From the NCBI RefSeq assembly GCF_964204645.1, contig NC_134031.1:9796001-9860000 (forward strand): DNA of 64,000 nt, given 5' to 3'. Below are positions 1-14,760 of the stretch, in pieces; position 1 is the first letter of the stretch, and every line of letters starts with the position of its first letter. The notes under the pieces are model-generated. The model had not been told where the DNA came from and made no database searches. It worked only from the letters and a program-made list of their open reading frames with translations. Both the position numbers and the translations under genes were made by a program. This DNA is from Tubulanus polymorphus (lineage: Eukaryota; Animalia; Nemertea).

Positions 1-2269
1 TACTTGTTTACTTCCTAGCCATACCAGAGCTCAAGGCTGCCGCTATAACCAGCAACCCTACGCAGATACTCGCGTCACTTTCACCTATCTTCTATTCAGT
101 GTCTTATGTGCGACGTAAGCATCTACGTAGGTTGTTTACTAACTTCAGCCACTGCCCTGAACTCTGGCTTCCCTCCCTCTATGCAAACTACTAATTTATC
201 ACCCCAATACTATCCTCCTCCCCAGACGATTGGTCCCCAATCGCCAAAAATTCACAAGACCCTATTGTAGTTTCCCAAAAAAAATCTTTTCAAAAGTGTA
301 CAGGCTTCAGAACATCATTTATAAGCAACATCTCTTACAACTTTAAGCCAGCCGCAGGGTAATGAAAATTACATAAAACCTTCAGAACATCAAGACTAAT
401 GATACACAACCACCATTCCGTACATCAATTTACAACACCTGTAAAGTAGCCATAAATCACAATTTCTGACCCTTTCCCCTATTATCCCATCCCGCATAAC
501 TTCTACCTAAACTAAGCAACACACCCCACTCATCATCAGTTCATCTTATTCATCAACGAGACCTACATGGACCCCATAGAATTTTACGGTAAGCCAAAAA
601 AATTTCTAAATACTTATAAACTTAACACACGAACTTTATCTAAGTGAAAGCAATCATCTACAAATATCAAATATGAGACTCTTTTCATCAGTAATATATA
701 ACAATTATGAGGCATGTACATCTGTATATTGACCTTACATTTAATGAGAACAAGCCTATACAATTGTAGTCATGCAAAAAAACATATCAAACACAACTTC
801 CCAAATAGCTTTCATAGACAATCACCCATTTCTCTATATCCACATTCATGTAGTCTAATAATTTAACAATATATGACCAACCACTTCAACTTTCTGACTC
901 TTCTCGTTCTCGTTGTCTTTACCAAAAAAAAAAATAATCAGTGTGTGCAGCCTAATTTGTCTTTAAAATTACCATTGCAAACACGTCAATTTCCCACTGT
1001 CCAAACTATCAGCCGTTACCTTAACCGACATCAGATGATTTGTCAAACCTGTCCCGACCCCAATCAACGACGTAAATTAATACAGATGCCAGATACATCA
1101 TTTAGTTGATTATCGTGTGCCCAGCACATGTTGGCAACAGACAGCTTCAACAATTAATGAATAATTTCATAATAATTCTAAGTGCATTTTATAAAGATGA
1201 GCCGAAATTTATGCAAAAATGGATATACTGATCAGATACATCCGAATCGCCGAGATGTCAGCTGCTAGTCCCCACCCATTGCCTCAGAAAGCAAAAGTTA
1301 GGGAAAATTCCTCTGGACACTACTCATTCAGTGCCATTCAAACAGCCGATTCTCAAAAATTAACTTTCACTCCTGGGCCTATGGTCTTCCAAACCACCCA
1401 CATCTGATATTCGAATTGTTCTAATTCCTTCCCGCAAATCAGGGGATATAACCCCACATGTAAAACGGCCGACGCATCATCCTGTATATAAACCGGTCAA
1501 GACGGACTGAAAGTTCGGGAAAAAAAACATAGCGCTCACACATCCCTGCAATCTACGACCATTCAGTTAAGATACCCAATCTACCGAATAATACTTATCA
1601 TACTTATTGTATTACGCAATGAGCAACCCTTTACTTCTAAAAAACCAATCCCCTGAATGGCCATTTCAGCATACCTAACAAATAGCTGTATCGTGACATT
1701 TCTCATTTCCGTATCATCCCCCATGTCACGCCTTACCGGAGTAAAATAAAATCAATGGATAAATAGGGAACCGGCCGACGAATCACCCATTTGGTATTTC
1801 TTGATATTCGACCCTAATAATGTCCAACATATATATCCAATCTTTCCCAGAGGCTAGCCACTAAACATTATACTGTTTCAAAGGATCTTCAGAATTAATC
1901 CTTCGGGCTATAATCCCCCGTTTTATTCCGGACCATCCCTAGAGCATCCCTTACTCTTCATCCAGGTCCCTGGTCCACCTTAATTCATCTCATATAAACT
2001 ACTCTATTCAAACCCCCTCCGGTAAGATTCACCACTGAGCGCCCAATCTAACCTTTGCACAATAAACATATTCTATACTAACTCGCGATACTCATTATAT
2101 ATCTTAAAACCACATAAACACCACAGCAATTTGTTAGGTATATACAGGCAGTGAGCGCTTTCAACTATCGTTACACTGATAACCGAGTGGCTTAATTACC
2201 TAGACTAATAAATCATTCTTTCGCGAAATACCATCCAGCAAATTTAGCAAACTATAAAAGATTTACGTA

Positions 2270-4570
2270 CACTCTTAGAACAAATGGTTCTTCGGGGGTT
2301 CTTCGAAGAACCTTGGGGTTCTTGGTGAGGCTTTAAGGTGCTTCAACAATATGGAATGTAGATTGGGGTTCTTCGAGACATAAGGGTTCTTATAAGAACC
2401 CTAATGTGGTCACAATTGTCAATTAAGAATTAAGTAGACCTGCAACAGGGAATAATTAGTATAGCTGATGAATATAACTGATTTTCTATGTGGTGTAGGT
2501 TATATACAAAACATTTTGACTGGAAATTAGAATTGGGTTAACTTTGAAAACAATTTACTCACAATGTTTAAAAAATGGTGACCGTGTGCGACAAGGATGC
2601 ATTTTTAAAATTAATGAACCTTTATTTTAATTCGTTCTAAAATTTAAAAAGTCGTATGTTTAAAATCAGTGGTGAACGCCTTTAACGTGTGATAATAATA
2701 TGTAGAGACTGAATAACTTGATTTGCTAGTCTGCGACATCGTCTGATAATAATATGTAGAGACTGAATAACTTGATTTCCTAGTCTGAGACATCGACTAG
2801 GTTTTATGGAGAGACGGCAGAGAAAAGAACAATGCTTTTTAATGCTTTAAAAAAACAATTAAACTCTTCTAAACTCTAGGCGTTTCTGAATGGACTGTGC
2901 AGTTTAAAAAGAACTAGTAAATTCAAATGTCTAATGCAACTCAAAAATGAGAATTGTGTGTATTTTCGGCTCAATTTCTATCAAAACATTCAGTCGAAGT
3001 CTTTGTACATTTTTTGTTGAATAAAAACATAGAGTATAGTGGAAATTCAAAGTAACGTAATGCTTTGGGCCTAATAAGTATCAAGCTATTGTAGTTTCGT
3101 GCCTATAGGGCCATGTGTACATGATCAGGCAATTATTCCTTTGTTCATGCAACTAACTGTTGTATAATTATCTGCCACCACGACTCATACAAACTTCGCT
3201 CAGTGCATAGTGCATATAGTATATCGACTCGTTCTTTTCGTTGTTTTGTAAGATGAATATCTGGAGCTTGGAAATGTGAATTAATTCTGGTAAGTTGTAT
3301 TCAATGAATGTATATAACATTTGTGATATTTGAAATATATGAAATATATGCCATAAAGCCGGAGTGACTCGGAATCAGATCAGCCATAATTATTATTTAA
3401 AACTTTCCCATTACTTTTGTATTATAGAAATTGTTCCATGGAAGTTGACCATATTGTGAGACCGCGGTGCAAAAGATGTTTTTCCAATCTCGGACCTATG
3501 GCGGAAAGAATTATAGAAATGTACGAAGTCTGTGCATATGGCAATCGTGTCGCTTCCTTCCTTCGAAGCAGCGAAATTGCAGAAACGGGTTAGTAAATCT
3601 TGACTCAATGAGCCTTTACTGTCTGACTGTATTTTGATAGAAGATAATCATTTTCAATCTACATATTCACTGGTTTTCAGATATGATGAGAACAGCAGAG
3701 CTTCACGTATTACCAGGGATTTTGAGAGAGGATGCGAAAGACCTGAAAACCATTAAAAAGGTTTGTATTTTTCTGAATCTAATCCCACTGTCAACTTTAA
3801 CCGTTTGTCTTTTCTACTGATAAATGTATTTGGAACTTATGCATGTAATAGAAGAAAGTGTTTAGATTTACTTGCAGTGTGCATTATTGCAAAACATAAT
3901 CGATTTTATTACACCATTATTTGTTCTCAATGTTATTTATATTTCAGGAAATATACGACTATAATCCGGACGCTGCGGTTGAAAGGTTGCGAGGGTGGCA
4001 GCGCGTTGAAACAAACATATGTAAGAAGATGGCTTATAGTTAATTGAAAGTGGACAGATTTTGAATAAGCGGAGTGGCCTGCCATAAGTCGGCCTATTAT
4101 ACGTTTAGCATATCATCTTACATCTTATACCACTAACTTTTAAAAAACTTTGATATTCTCAAAACATTATGTTTTAGACTTAGTGTGGAAAAAATCCCAA
4201 CCGATTTAAGATACCAAGCGATTAGCCCAATGAAAAAAATTCTCCATCTTTCAATCTTATTGTACATGTAACCAATTAGTGAAACTATTTTTGTATCATT
4301 TATTGTAAATATATTTATCATTAATATTTCAATTCATGATTTTATAATAAAAAAGGTTTATATGATGTTAATTTTATGCGATTCTTATCATCAGTTTTTT
4401 TATCCACATGAGGATTAAGGGAGCAGTCAAACATAACAGAGGATGGACAAATCATGAACAGCTTGAGCAGTCAAAAATAAATGAGGAACCCTAAAAATAA
4501 ATTACCTTTAAATGGTTCTCCCAAGAACCCTGTCAAGAACCATTTGACAATATTGAAAGGGTTCTAAGAA
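2270..4570 (+). mobile_element. Non-autonomous EnSpm/CACTA-like DNA transposon, right end truncated
   Basis: Starts TA|CACTCTTAGAA, with clustered GGTTC/GAACC subterminal repeats at 2287-2401 and 4486-4566. Exon-like remnants inside (AG-DMMRTAELHVLPGILREDAKDLKTIKK-GT at ~3681-3760; AYYTFSI at ~4092) resemble accessory ORFs of animal CACTA elements. No matching right TIR; Polinton sequence follows. Confidence 0.5.
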
Positions 4571-4600
4571 ATGAAACATATTGAAGCATTATTGTGTCTA

Positions 4601-4736
4601 ACAATTTATCATTTTAACTGTCTTATCATTTCAACAGTCGAACAATTTATCATTTCAACTGTCAAACAATTTATCATTTCAACTGTCAAACAATTTATCA
4701 TTTCAACTGTCAAACAATTTATCATTTTAACAGTCC
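4601..4736. repeat. 24-bp tandem repeat (ACAATTTATCATTTCAACTGTCAA), about 5 units
   Basis: Directly visible; reverse complement of the unit at 39178-39645. Confidence 0.9.
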
Positions 4737-4787
4737 ATTAGATATTTAAATCATTTAACTCAATTCAATAATTATAATGTAGAATTG

Positions 4788-5437
4788 TTACTCTTTACAC
4801 CAGTTTTTATGTTTAATTGTTTCATAATGCTTTGATTTATGTGATTTTAAGTATTTACCTCCGCAATAACAATGCACTTTTTCATTAGGATTGAATTTTC
4901 TAAATTCATCATCTAAATTACATTGAACTGCAATATCTTTAAATGATTTTTCATTATCTAATTCACATTGAATTCCAATATTTATGAATTTTCATTGTAG
5001 ATAATTGGTTTATTATCAAAATTGAAATAATATAATTGTCTTTTTTCAATTCTTAAGTTAATCAAATCATTGTAATCTTTTGAAAGTATTATATCATCAT
5101 TTCTTTCATTGAAAGGAGTTTTAAGAATATTTATTATGTTTTCATCTAAAGTTCCTTTAAAATTTAAAACTGTATTGAATACTTTATGATTTTTAACGCC
5201 ATTATCAAAGGTATCTACTAGTTTAGTAATTAAATATGTTTCATTTGATAATATTTGATTAATTACAGTAATATTTTCAATTTTATAATGTCTTGCGGAC
5301 ACTAAATTTGTTGCTGAAATATAATTTTTAATGTTAAACTGTGAAAATGATTTATTGGTTTCATTGATTTCGATTTTAAAGTTGGGTTCTTCTTCTTCTT
5401 TCTTCATTTTTATAACAAAATTTTTATTAAAACTCAT
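4788..5437 (-). pseudogene. Polinton left-end gene (MSFNKNF..., C-terminal CxC...HxxxxxH zinc finger), premature stop at 4982
   Basis: ORF 4982-5437 continues past the TAA in frame (NIGIQCELDNEK...CYCGGKY...). Homologous to 15892-16467, 34030-34695 and 38452-39106. Confidence 0.8.
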
Positions 5438-6698
5438 TCAAATATAAATATTCACTGTTTTAAATATGAATTATTTCACTCACACTTTTAATGTTTAAAA
5501 ATCTAACTCATACAAATATAAATATTGAAATATGTTTAAAATATAAACTATTTCACTCACACTTTACTCACACTTTATATTCGTTAAGTTATCCATTTAT
5601 TTTACTTATATTTTTACTCGAAATCTGTTAAAATATGAATTATTTCACTCACACTTTACTCACATTTTACAAGTAAATTCGAGTGTGCGAGAATTATTTT
5701 TCATTTTATATGAGTTTCGCTACTAATTCAAATAGAAATTGTTATTATTTTCATATTCTTCATTTTTTATGAGCTCGACCTTTCGACCTTTGGTATGAAA
5801 CAAGATATTCCCTATTACTTATAGTCAATTAGCACACTGTCCAAGCAACATGTGATGCTCACAGTGTGCAGACTATTTTTGATCAGCGCGCTCAGTGACG
5901 TCACACAGAGCTCCTAAACTATAATGATCCAAAAATTGAACTAAACTCAATGTATCGGTACAAATCCGAACATGTACACGGCCGGTATTTTACATTTGAT
6001 ACCAAAAACCCGTTCATGCAGCGCACAGACCGCACCAACCCGCGAAGTTTCGCCGTTAGTTTCTTATAGTATACATTTGATCGGACGAAACTTATTTAGT
6101 TAACATTCTAACCGTGTGAATCCCTAGTTTTCGGAATTCTGACATTTTAGGAATTGTGCGCATAAACGCCGCTTTCCAAATGAAATTTGGAATTTAAAGA
6201 TAATTGTCGTTTTCTAATACGTGAATTTGAAACTGTCGTAGGTTATCACTATAATTGCTATAACACAATTATCCTTCATCATTAAAAGCATAAATACAGT
6301 ATCGGGAAAGGAAACTAACTCCATCCTTTATATTTCAATTCATATTTCGATACAGAATAGCGAACAGTAGGACCTTCTCAAGACGAAATAAAAAACAGAT
6401 TCTCTCCGTCACCACATCTTCAAAATACTGTTTATTTATGGTAACATCCAATTACAAACGACCGACTGGGGTTGGGCCAGTAATCGCAAGCAAAGGTCAT
6501 GCAGTGAACCGACCTAGGTTACATTATTGCAGCCTCGGTCGGTGCTAACAGCTGAATCACACGTTCTACGCAAACCCGCGCTGCTAGGTAACAAATTATC
6601 TATCATTCCTTTGACCGAAGCATAACCGTTTATCTTTTTTCAGCTTTACAATTGATTCCATGAATTTAATAATTCCATTTTCGAATAATAATGTGTTA

Positions 6699-9600
6699 GT
6701 TATGTTATTAGTTTTTATCTTTAATATGTAAGAATCAGTATCAAAATATAAGATTTCTATATGTTTTTCTCCAAAATGAGGTTGTAATACGTTATAGTAA
6801 AATTTATACATTAATAACTTTGATAATTCTAAAACTGAAGCACCAACATAAATTGGTTAAATTTCATTGGTTAAATTTCATTGATGTTCTTCTCATTTTA
6901 ACAGCGGCTAAATTTTCATCAAATATTTTGTTACCCATAAAGTTAGGATATGTTTGTAAATGTCTAATTCTTTTGCCATTACTAACTAACTCAATATCAT
7001 TTCTATTTCTAATATTTTCACAAGTCTTACCATAGAATGCATTATTCATTAACTTGAAGAAATCTTTTTCGAAATCAGTTTTAGCTTTAGTTCTCTGTTT
7101 GGCGTTAAAATCTATATATTTTTCTAACCATTTAGATTGACTAAATGAAATATATCTATGTACTTTTTTTAGAACCATTCCTTGATTCAAATAAAACTTC
7201 AACATTCTATAATGCACTACATAATTATATTCATCTTCCTGAGTTACCATTAACTTTTCTGTATGAATATGATTTTCAGGTTTAATTCTTTTTTGATAAT
7301 TTGATAATTCTTCATGCGTAACAGTTTTATGTTCTGGACAGTATGCTAGATTTCTAGATTTAAATTTAATATGTTCAGGATATTCCAAGTCTACAACAAA
7401 GAAGTAAGCAGTATCTGAATCATCTGCAATATCTAGGATTCTTTTCTTCCAATCAAATTTATCATTATTTTCATGTTGTAAAACTTCACTTATTTCAAAT
7501 ACTCCATAAGGTTGTGGTTCCATCATTGCCCATCCATAAAGATTATTTGCATCTATATATAATAATTTATATCCAGGGTTATCATTTACATTGAAATATA
7601 TATCACCTAATACACCCGAAACTCCTCCTCTTATAGATTTTTCAAATAATAATAATTGATCTATATTTGTTAACAAATCCATTTTTATATCTGTGAGTTT
7701 TAAACCACAATCCCAAGTTAATCCTGGTGATGAATAACAATGACAAGGATCAATATTAAAATATTTTAGGTTTACATCTCTAAACCTTTCGAATATATCC
7801 GATAATAATAATACATCTGATTTTAAATATAAATCTACTAATTGTCCATGATTTGTTATTTTAAAATTATTCCAAATATTCAATGTTCTATTATAGACTT
7901 CATCTTTAACATATTCATTTTTTAATTCATCATAGAATTGTTCTTTTAATAATTCAGTTATATTGAAATCATTATGTGATTTATAAAATGAATATGGAAT
8001 TGCGCCTTTATATCTCATTAATCGAAAATCATCATTATTTGGGTAGTGCGGTTTTGATATCTTTAATTCATCATCAACTAATGATTTTGATAAGTATTAT
8101 TTTGATAAAAATCTATATGAATCTATAAATCTTAGACACCCAAATTGGAATGATATATAATTCTCAGATGTTTTAGCTAACATCTTAAATTTATAAGTTG
8201 GTATTTTATTTTTCGATCTATTTGAATTCAATCTTTCTATTTGATTATTGATTTCTTCTATTTTATGACATAGCTGTTTGATGAATAAAGGAGCGTCATA
8301 TCCTGATAAATTATGAAATATTACTGGAACAAAGTTAATTTTCTTAGCTTGTAAGTAACAATTCGCATGTGCTGCGCCTCTAAACTTTCCATTTAAATGA
8401 TCATGGTCTCTTACTTTTTTATCTCTAAAATTAAATAGTTTTTCACAATAATAACATTTATCTGCAAATTCAAATGCTTCTTTATCTTCTTCTGTCATTA
8501 TAATTTCTATATTTGTATCTGATAGTTTACTAAATTTGATTTCATACTCAATTAATAAATCACAAAAATGATTGATAACATTTTCATTTCTATAATTACA
8601 ATATTCACTTTTAATTAGTTCTGGATAATCAGATTTTATATATAAACCAAAAGCTGCAGCTGATTGATGAATCTTTAATTGTATTTGTTATTAAAGGATC
8701 TGAATAATCAATTACATCATTTTCATTAGAATTTAATTTCTTTCTTTTATAATATATTTCTTTTCTATTTTGATCAGTTAATTCTTTATTTAATGATTCA
8801 AAATCTCCATGTATTACAAATGGTATTTTATTCTTGTAATCATATTCTTTTAATTCTAATATTTTATCCTTTTCATTTGGTAAAACTATTTTACAATAAT
8901 CATGATTATCACATAATTGTTTATGATTTTATCATGCACTTTCAGTTCTGAATTTATGTAAACATTTTCTACAAAGATATATTTTATTATCAAAATCATT
9001 TTCTGATTTAAAAAATAAATCAATTCTTTTAATCCACATATAATGATTCTCATAATATAATATATCTATGACATCATTTGAATTATAATCATTTGATAGG
9101 TATAAAGGTTCTAATGTATAATGTTTTATATTGTTACCTTTCGTATTTGGTAATCTGATTAAATCAAATACATTTATTTTTAGATTATTATCTCTATCTA
9201 TTTTTGGGATATTTTTAATTCTAACAGGATAATTATCTATCTTATAATCATTTTCAAATGGTTTATAATGTGTTAATCTATAAGTATGTTTATTATAATC
9301 TTCAACTGGGTGTAAGCAACTTATAATTGTCCATAGAAAACATTTATCATCAAAATTTTGTACATTTATTACAGCATTAGTTTTAAATGGTAGTTTAATA
9401 TAACTTGATCCATCAATGTTGTCATCTTTATAATATGATAAATTATTTTCATCAATTGGTTTTGATTTAGTTAACTTATTATATTTTGTGTTATAAACAT
9501 GTAAAGTCATTAATATTATTTCATCGAATATTAAACCTGATCCTTCAAAATATTTCTCTTCTATTTTAGTTTTTACTTCATTATAACATTTATCTAATTT

Positions 9601-10260
9601 ATCATCTATATGTTGTTTTGAAATAATATGTTGTGAATGAGAATCTATATTAAATATTGGTTTATCTTCAGATTTTATAAACTTAACTTTAGAAGATATA
9701 CTAATTTTAGGGTATTCAACATGAGTAATTATTTTTATAATATTTTTCATATTTTCTAAATGTTTTTTATTTTCTTCTAATGTTTTTCCTTTGTGAAAAT
9801 TAAACTCGATAGCTGCTGGACCAATATCACTTTTAAATGCTTCGGTTATCTCTATTTCTTTTTTATTATCTAATGAATTAATATAATTTCTTACATCTTC
9901 CATGTATGATCTTTTATTGTTTAATTTTTTTTAAATTCTTTTAATTGTCTTTTGTTTCTTATCATTGTCATTATCAAAATAATCCTCACCTAAAATATCA
10001 TCATTCATATTTCTAATATGACTTTTAGATTTTAAATGTTCTTTATAATATCTTTTATCACTGAATGATTGATTACAAGTATCACATTTATATATTTCTT
10101 TTTCATTCTGTAATTCATCTAATTTAGTTTCTAATATATCATCTTTATATTTTAATTTTAATTTATTCTCTAAATGTGTTTTAGTTTTATTGTGTCTTGC
10201 TTTTTGAGATTTATCTATATTGATTTTACATGTCGGACAGTAGTACTTATTTGCTTCCAT
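6699..10260 (-). pseudogene. Protein-primed family B DNA polymerase (pPolB), fragmented and 3'-truncated
   Basis: ORFs 9931-10260, 8932-9903, 8097-8498, 6864-8018 and part of 6596-6811 carry FHNLSGYD (ExoII), YLKSDV (ExoIII), YIDANNLYG (motif A), KLMNNAFYGK (B) and YFDTDS (C). Confidence 0.93.
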
Positions 10261-10349
10261 TTTAATACTAAATTTTTTATTAAAATTGATTTTAGAAGTT
10301 ATTCATTTATATGTTATTGATATATATATATATATATGAATATTTTAAG

Positions 10350-10494
10350 AGTAATGGGGAATAAGTTGTTTCAGAATAAAGGTTGAAGGGGCGAGTGAAT
10401 AAAAAATGAAAAATAAATTCGAGCGTGCGAGAATTTATTTTTTATGAGCTCGACCCTTCGACCTTTGGCCTGAAACAACTTATTCCCTATTACT
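10350..10494. repeat. Terminal palindrome/hairpin of Polinton copy B (145 bp)
   Basis: AGTAATGGGGAATAAGTTGTTTCAG... pairs with ...CTGAAACAACTTATTCCCTATTACT around the central AATTCGAGCGTGCGAGAATT. Confidence 0.9.
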
Positions 10495-12049
10495 GATACT
10501 TACTTTCGGCGAAATTACGATTGACATCATCAAATCATGCGGTACGCAATGGATCACGGCACATGCAGCCAGGACGTATGACACGTAAATCACGGCACTG
10601 GTAGCCAGAAAAAAAGATGAAAAATCCTCGGCACTTGTAGCCTGAAAAAGTGACAGTATCGGTGCGGCACGTATAGCCGGAGATAAAGGAAGCCACTGGC
10701 AGACGTTAGCTACAAAATATAAGCTGGATACAAAAACACATTTTGAGTATCATACCAATATTATAAACAATGACTAAAAGTTTCCTTAATTAACTATCAT
10801 TATAACTACGTATGAACACATCTTTAACAACTATGCTTCTTATAGGATAATGATTAAATATAGAAAGTCGACAGAATCTCACTTATTTAAGTCGCAATGA
10901 ATTTATTAAATATCGACGTTCTCGCCTAAAAACAAACAACAACAATCTATTACTATGGATTATGAATAATGGAAAAATATAAAATGAGAAAATATAAAAC
11001 TCGTGTAAAACCTACCCCACGTATCGGGCAAAGCGCGCTCGTGGCAGCTGCGAAATATGCTCGACGCAGGCTTATAGTCTACAGCCACGGGATATGGCCA
11101 GTAAAGCCTTATAAAGGCTGAAAACTTCATGGTCAACGGAGCAAGGTACACCTTTAGCTAGCGTAATGAAGCAATGACACACTGAGTGAAGATATGTAGA
11201 TTTTGACAAGAATAAACCGGTTTAATCCGACATGAATTTATCGACTGCATTCGGTCGTGACAATCATTTTTAGCCCTACAAGTATTCTAATCTATATAAG
11301 CTTACGATAACAAAATTGGTTCAATAAAGAGGCCTGGGCCAATCTAACGTCACTAAGAAAAAAGTTTTGCGTGCGCATAATAGAGCGGAATGTCTAGTAT
11401 CACCTGGGTTACATCAATTTTATACTTGCCAAATGAGCCTTTAGAATGTCCTCATCACTACAAGGTAGGTTAAAACAAGTTATTTTCAGTTAGCATGTCT
11501 GGTGTGAAAATCTCATCCGATCGTGCCTTTTCACCAAGCACAAACTTTTAACCTACTACTGGCGCTATAAGACGGTTGATTAGGCAGCTTTACAGCACTT
11601 CATTTGTATTGCCACCTTTAAGGTGTGTAAGTAAGATATATAGAGAATCCCACACTAACAAGACGAGAGATGAATACCGAAGTTTCCCTTAAGCTGAGAT
11701 CGTTTCAATTTGTCACTCACTTCGTGTATGTAGTTCACATACAGCCCGCGGTGCCGCACTATTGAAAAAGCTATCTCTGACAATCAACATTGGGAGGTGT
11801 GCGCGCTATCTACGCTTAGCCTACAAACGTACAATCGATAAAATAAACCTTACTTTTAAACTCGAAATTTCGACTATATAAAAGGACTTTTTATATACAG
11901 TACCAGATACTGGGGTCCAAAAACATTTTGTGTCAGGCCCCTGTGGTTCAGATCTTGGTTTCTCGGGACTAAACCTATTGGATTTTTCAATGAACCTTAC
12001 GACGGGACGGCATTTGAAGTGTTTTCCGCACACTGGTTTACAATCATAA

Positions 12050-12280
12050 GCCGCGATCACACGGAGACGACTTGGCCCGGGCCAAATTGGCACGGATCAG
12101 GCTCCGCCCAAATTTGGCCCGTGCCTAATTAGAGAGCGCGCCACACGCAAACCATTCACTCGATACTAAACAATGCTCAAACTAAGCGAAGTTGGTCATT
12201 TCCGGAACCAGTAGCAATTCAAACGCATTCATTTGTCTCGTGCTAGAACTTGGCTCGGGCCCGGGCCAAGTTGCCGCTCA
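12050..12280. mobile_element. MITE remnant, possibly PIF/Harbinger-type
   Basis: GC-rich inverted repeats GACTTGGCCCGGGCC (12069) and GGCCCGGGCCAAGTT (12258); no TSD confirmed. Confidence 0.35.
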
Positions 12281-12555
12281 TGCTACGTAATTACTGTTGT
12301 TTAATTGAACCCCAAAAGTAGATTTAATTCAATATAATTTCCTACGTTCCCAGGCCATGCCCTCGCCCGCTTCTAAAGTGGCCCTATTTGTTGTGATCAG
12401 TCCCTTCTACTTCCGTGGCGCTGACGCAAATACTAGCACCTAAAAGTATCAACTCCATCAAAGTCCATCGAAAGTACCTATTCTAAAGCTTGTTTTACAG
12501 ATACGCAGTTTAATGAATAACTTTTTTTCTGTACCGGAATTTCCTACATTTTCAG

Positions 12556-12657
12556 GGTCGGTTGACAATTTCTCTAGCGATCACAGCGTTTGTAACTGTA
12601 CTTGGAAGTTCATTCCCGCATGGTTACAATACCGGTGTACTCAACATTCAAGAAAAG
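12556..12657 (+). CDS. Host facilitated glucose transporter (SLC2A/GLUT-like), exon encoding TM1
   Basis: ttttcAG|GRLTISLAITAFVTVLGSSFPHGYNTGVLNIQEK|GTaatc; GYNTGV signature; phase 0/0, as in GLUT1 exon 2. Confidence 0.88.
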
Positions 12658-14620
12658 GTAATCCTTTTCCGTCTTGATTATATTTCAGTAGTGGAATATC
12701 ATCAGGTTCTTGAAGATAATAGTATTGTTGAGAGAATGCAAAGGTTATGCATTCATACTGCGGACACATTTCCTAACATCTAAGCGCCGTAGAAGCGTTT
12801 TATGACATAAAATATTGGCTTAAGGTTTTGTCAAGGTTTTTTCCAAATGCCTAGTGATACTTAAAAAGTTATTTCAAAATGTGGGTATCAATGGATAAAG
12901 GAAATGAACTAAATGAAAATATAATTCAAGATCCACCAATTAAAGATACAAATAAGATCATCAAAGAGCTGCTGTTTATATCAGAAACATTCTGCCCATC
13001 TAACACTGATGTTCCACGATCATGCTCCCACCACGAAAAGGGTTCTGATACCTATATACCGGGTTCCAGCTCAGATGTAATGAAATGATTGAACGCAAGA
13101 GTGTAAATTATGAGTTGACTTGATTAGGCGTTCCAGATGAGAGAGAGAAAGAAATAGAATACATGTGCTTAAATAGCTACTGATAAGACACTGGCCAGTT
13201 CGGCACAGATAAAAAAAGGTCAAGTACCTTAAATGGACTGACCAGTGTTCAATTGAAAATATCAAAATATTAAATTAGTTACTACACATATATATTCATA
13301 ATAATAATCATATTAATCATAATAGCAATTATTACAACCTTCCTCTGTATCATATGCGCTTCCTTACGCTGATTCGACCTCGAATCGTAAAAACAACACA
13401 ATTATTAATCATCCAGACAACACACATAGAGCTAGGCGTCTAACTAAGGAGAAAAGACAAAATAAAAAATAATCATTATGAAATTCCACATGGCCAATAT
13501 TACTTGAAGCCAGCCAACGTGTCAAATATGTTGCGACTAATCCATTGCAACCAAAGGGGATTAATGTACTAAAATAGAAACTAAACGCGGGCGAAACATA
13601 CAGTCTATCAGAATTATAGAGGTGGCCACACGAAAAGAGACATGATAGGCACACCATTTGGTGTCCTCTAAATGTAATCACAACCTAAGTAAGCATGGTG
13701 GCCATTATATCATATAAATTGAACTTAATATCTTTAAACGCGCGAACACTATTATCGGACCCGATTATATACAAGGAAATTGTAGATATAGACACATATG
13801 TCACCGTAGGTGAACAGAAAACTAAAATTCATATCTGGCGTCAGTAAACATTTCCAATTGATATCCACACACGGCGGTCACCTAAATATAAAACATGACT
13901 TCTCTTTCTACATATCACTAACGACTCACGAAAATAGTTTGGGGTATGACACAGAGGAAGACTCGAAAAATGCAAGAATGAGAAAACGTTTATTTATGTG
14001 TATAAAATGAACTTCGCGTTGAGCGCAAGAAAACTTAACTCAGAAATAACTTTAAGAATGCTCGACTCGACCAATGAAACAATAACGAAACCATCCCCAA
14101 AAATTATAGGTCCAATGACAATGGGATAAAAGCGTATCAACTTATTTGATACATTAAGATGGAGCCACTCGATATAATTGGATATAGACCCATCATTGTA
14201 GTGCCTTCAAATTCATGAGTAATAATTTCGCATGCGGACTGAATCTAGCAAACGTAGACATATCTTGTAGTACTAGAATACATAAAACCGAATTTTTTTA
14301 GAAGTTACGAGTTTCTAAAAAAATGGCCAAGTACGTCTTGGCGTAGAAGTCATATTTAAGAAAAAGTATTATAATCCAATCATCATTTTCAACAACTCGA
14401 AATACATGGGGAGTTCTAATTTACGTTTTAAGCAGGTAGATACCTAGCTTAACGATAGCGTAAAGCAAAAAAACCTAAGCTGTTGCACTGCAAAAGAACG
14501 TCTTGGATGAGACAAAATAACACTGTTCTCTCATAAAATTTGGATTTAGAATTTGAAAAATATGCGTTGTTTGGTAAAAGGATATCTCTGAACTAGACAT
14601 TGAAGAGCCACTGTCGTCGA

Positions 14621-14634
14621 TATGTATGTATGTG

Positions 14635-14686
<52 letters not shown>

Positions 14687-14760
14687 TATATATGTATGTA
14701 TGTACGTACGTACGTATATATCTACATATATACACGCATGCACGCATACATACATATATA
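14621..14760. repeat. Compound microsatellite (TATG/TG/TGCG/TACG/TA)
   Basis: Directly visible; explains the spurious ORFs at 14475-15161. Confidence 0.95.

Larger units (their letters stand above)
4575..5819 (-). mobile_element. Polinton/Maverick fragment A (left end, reversed)
   Basis: Ends in the family terminus ...CCCTATTACT at 5819. Colinear, in reverse, with 38048-39300 and 34030-34935. Carries the MSFNKNF gene and the 24-bp repeat. Confidence 0.85.
6699..10494 (-). mobile_element. Polinton/Maverick fragment B (right end with pPolB, truncated)
   Basis: Colinear with 27885-31658; terminus ...TTATTCCCTATTACT at 10494; homology stops at ~6699. Confidence 0.9.

Noticed and set aside
1-2269. 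C-rich, G-poor tract with short ORFs, possibly a decayed retroelement
   Set aside because: No recognisable motif or terminus in the frames I read.
2689-2797. Two-copy ~55-bp direct repeat
   Set aside because: Simple local duplication inside the CACTA-like element.
10555-10730. Spaced GGCAC...AGCC motifs, superficially CRISPR-like
   Set aside because: Short, degenerate and irregular, in a eukaryotic context; probably transposon subterminal repeats.
12610-12630. SFPHGYN instead of vertebrate SLQFGYN in GLUT TM1
   Set aside because: Such variation is common in invertebrate SLC2 proteins; no functional claim can be supported.
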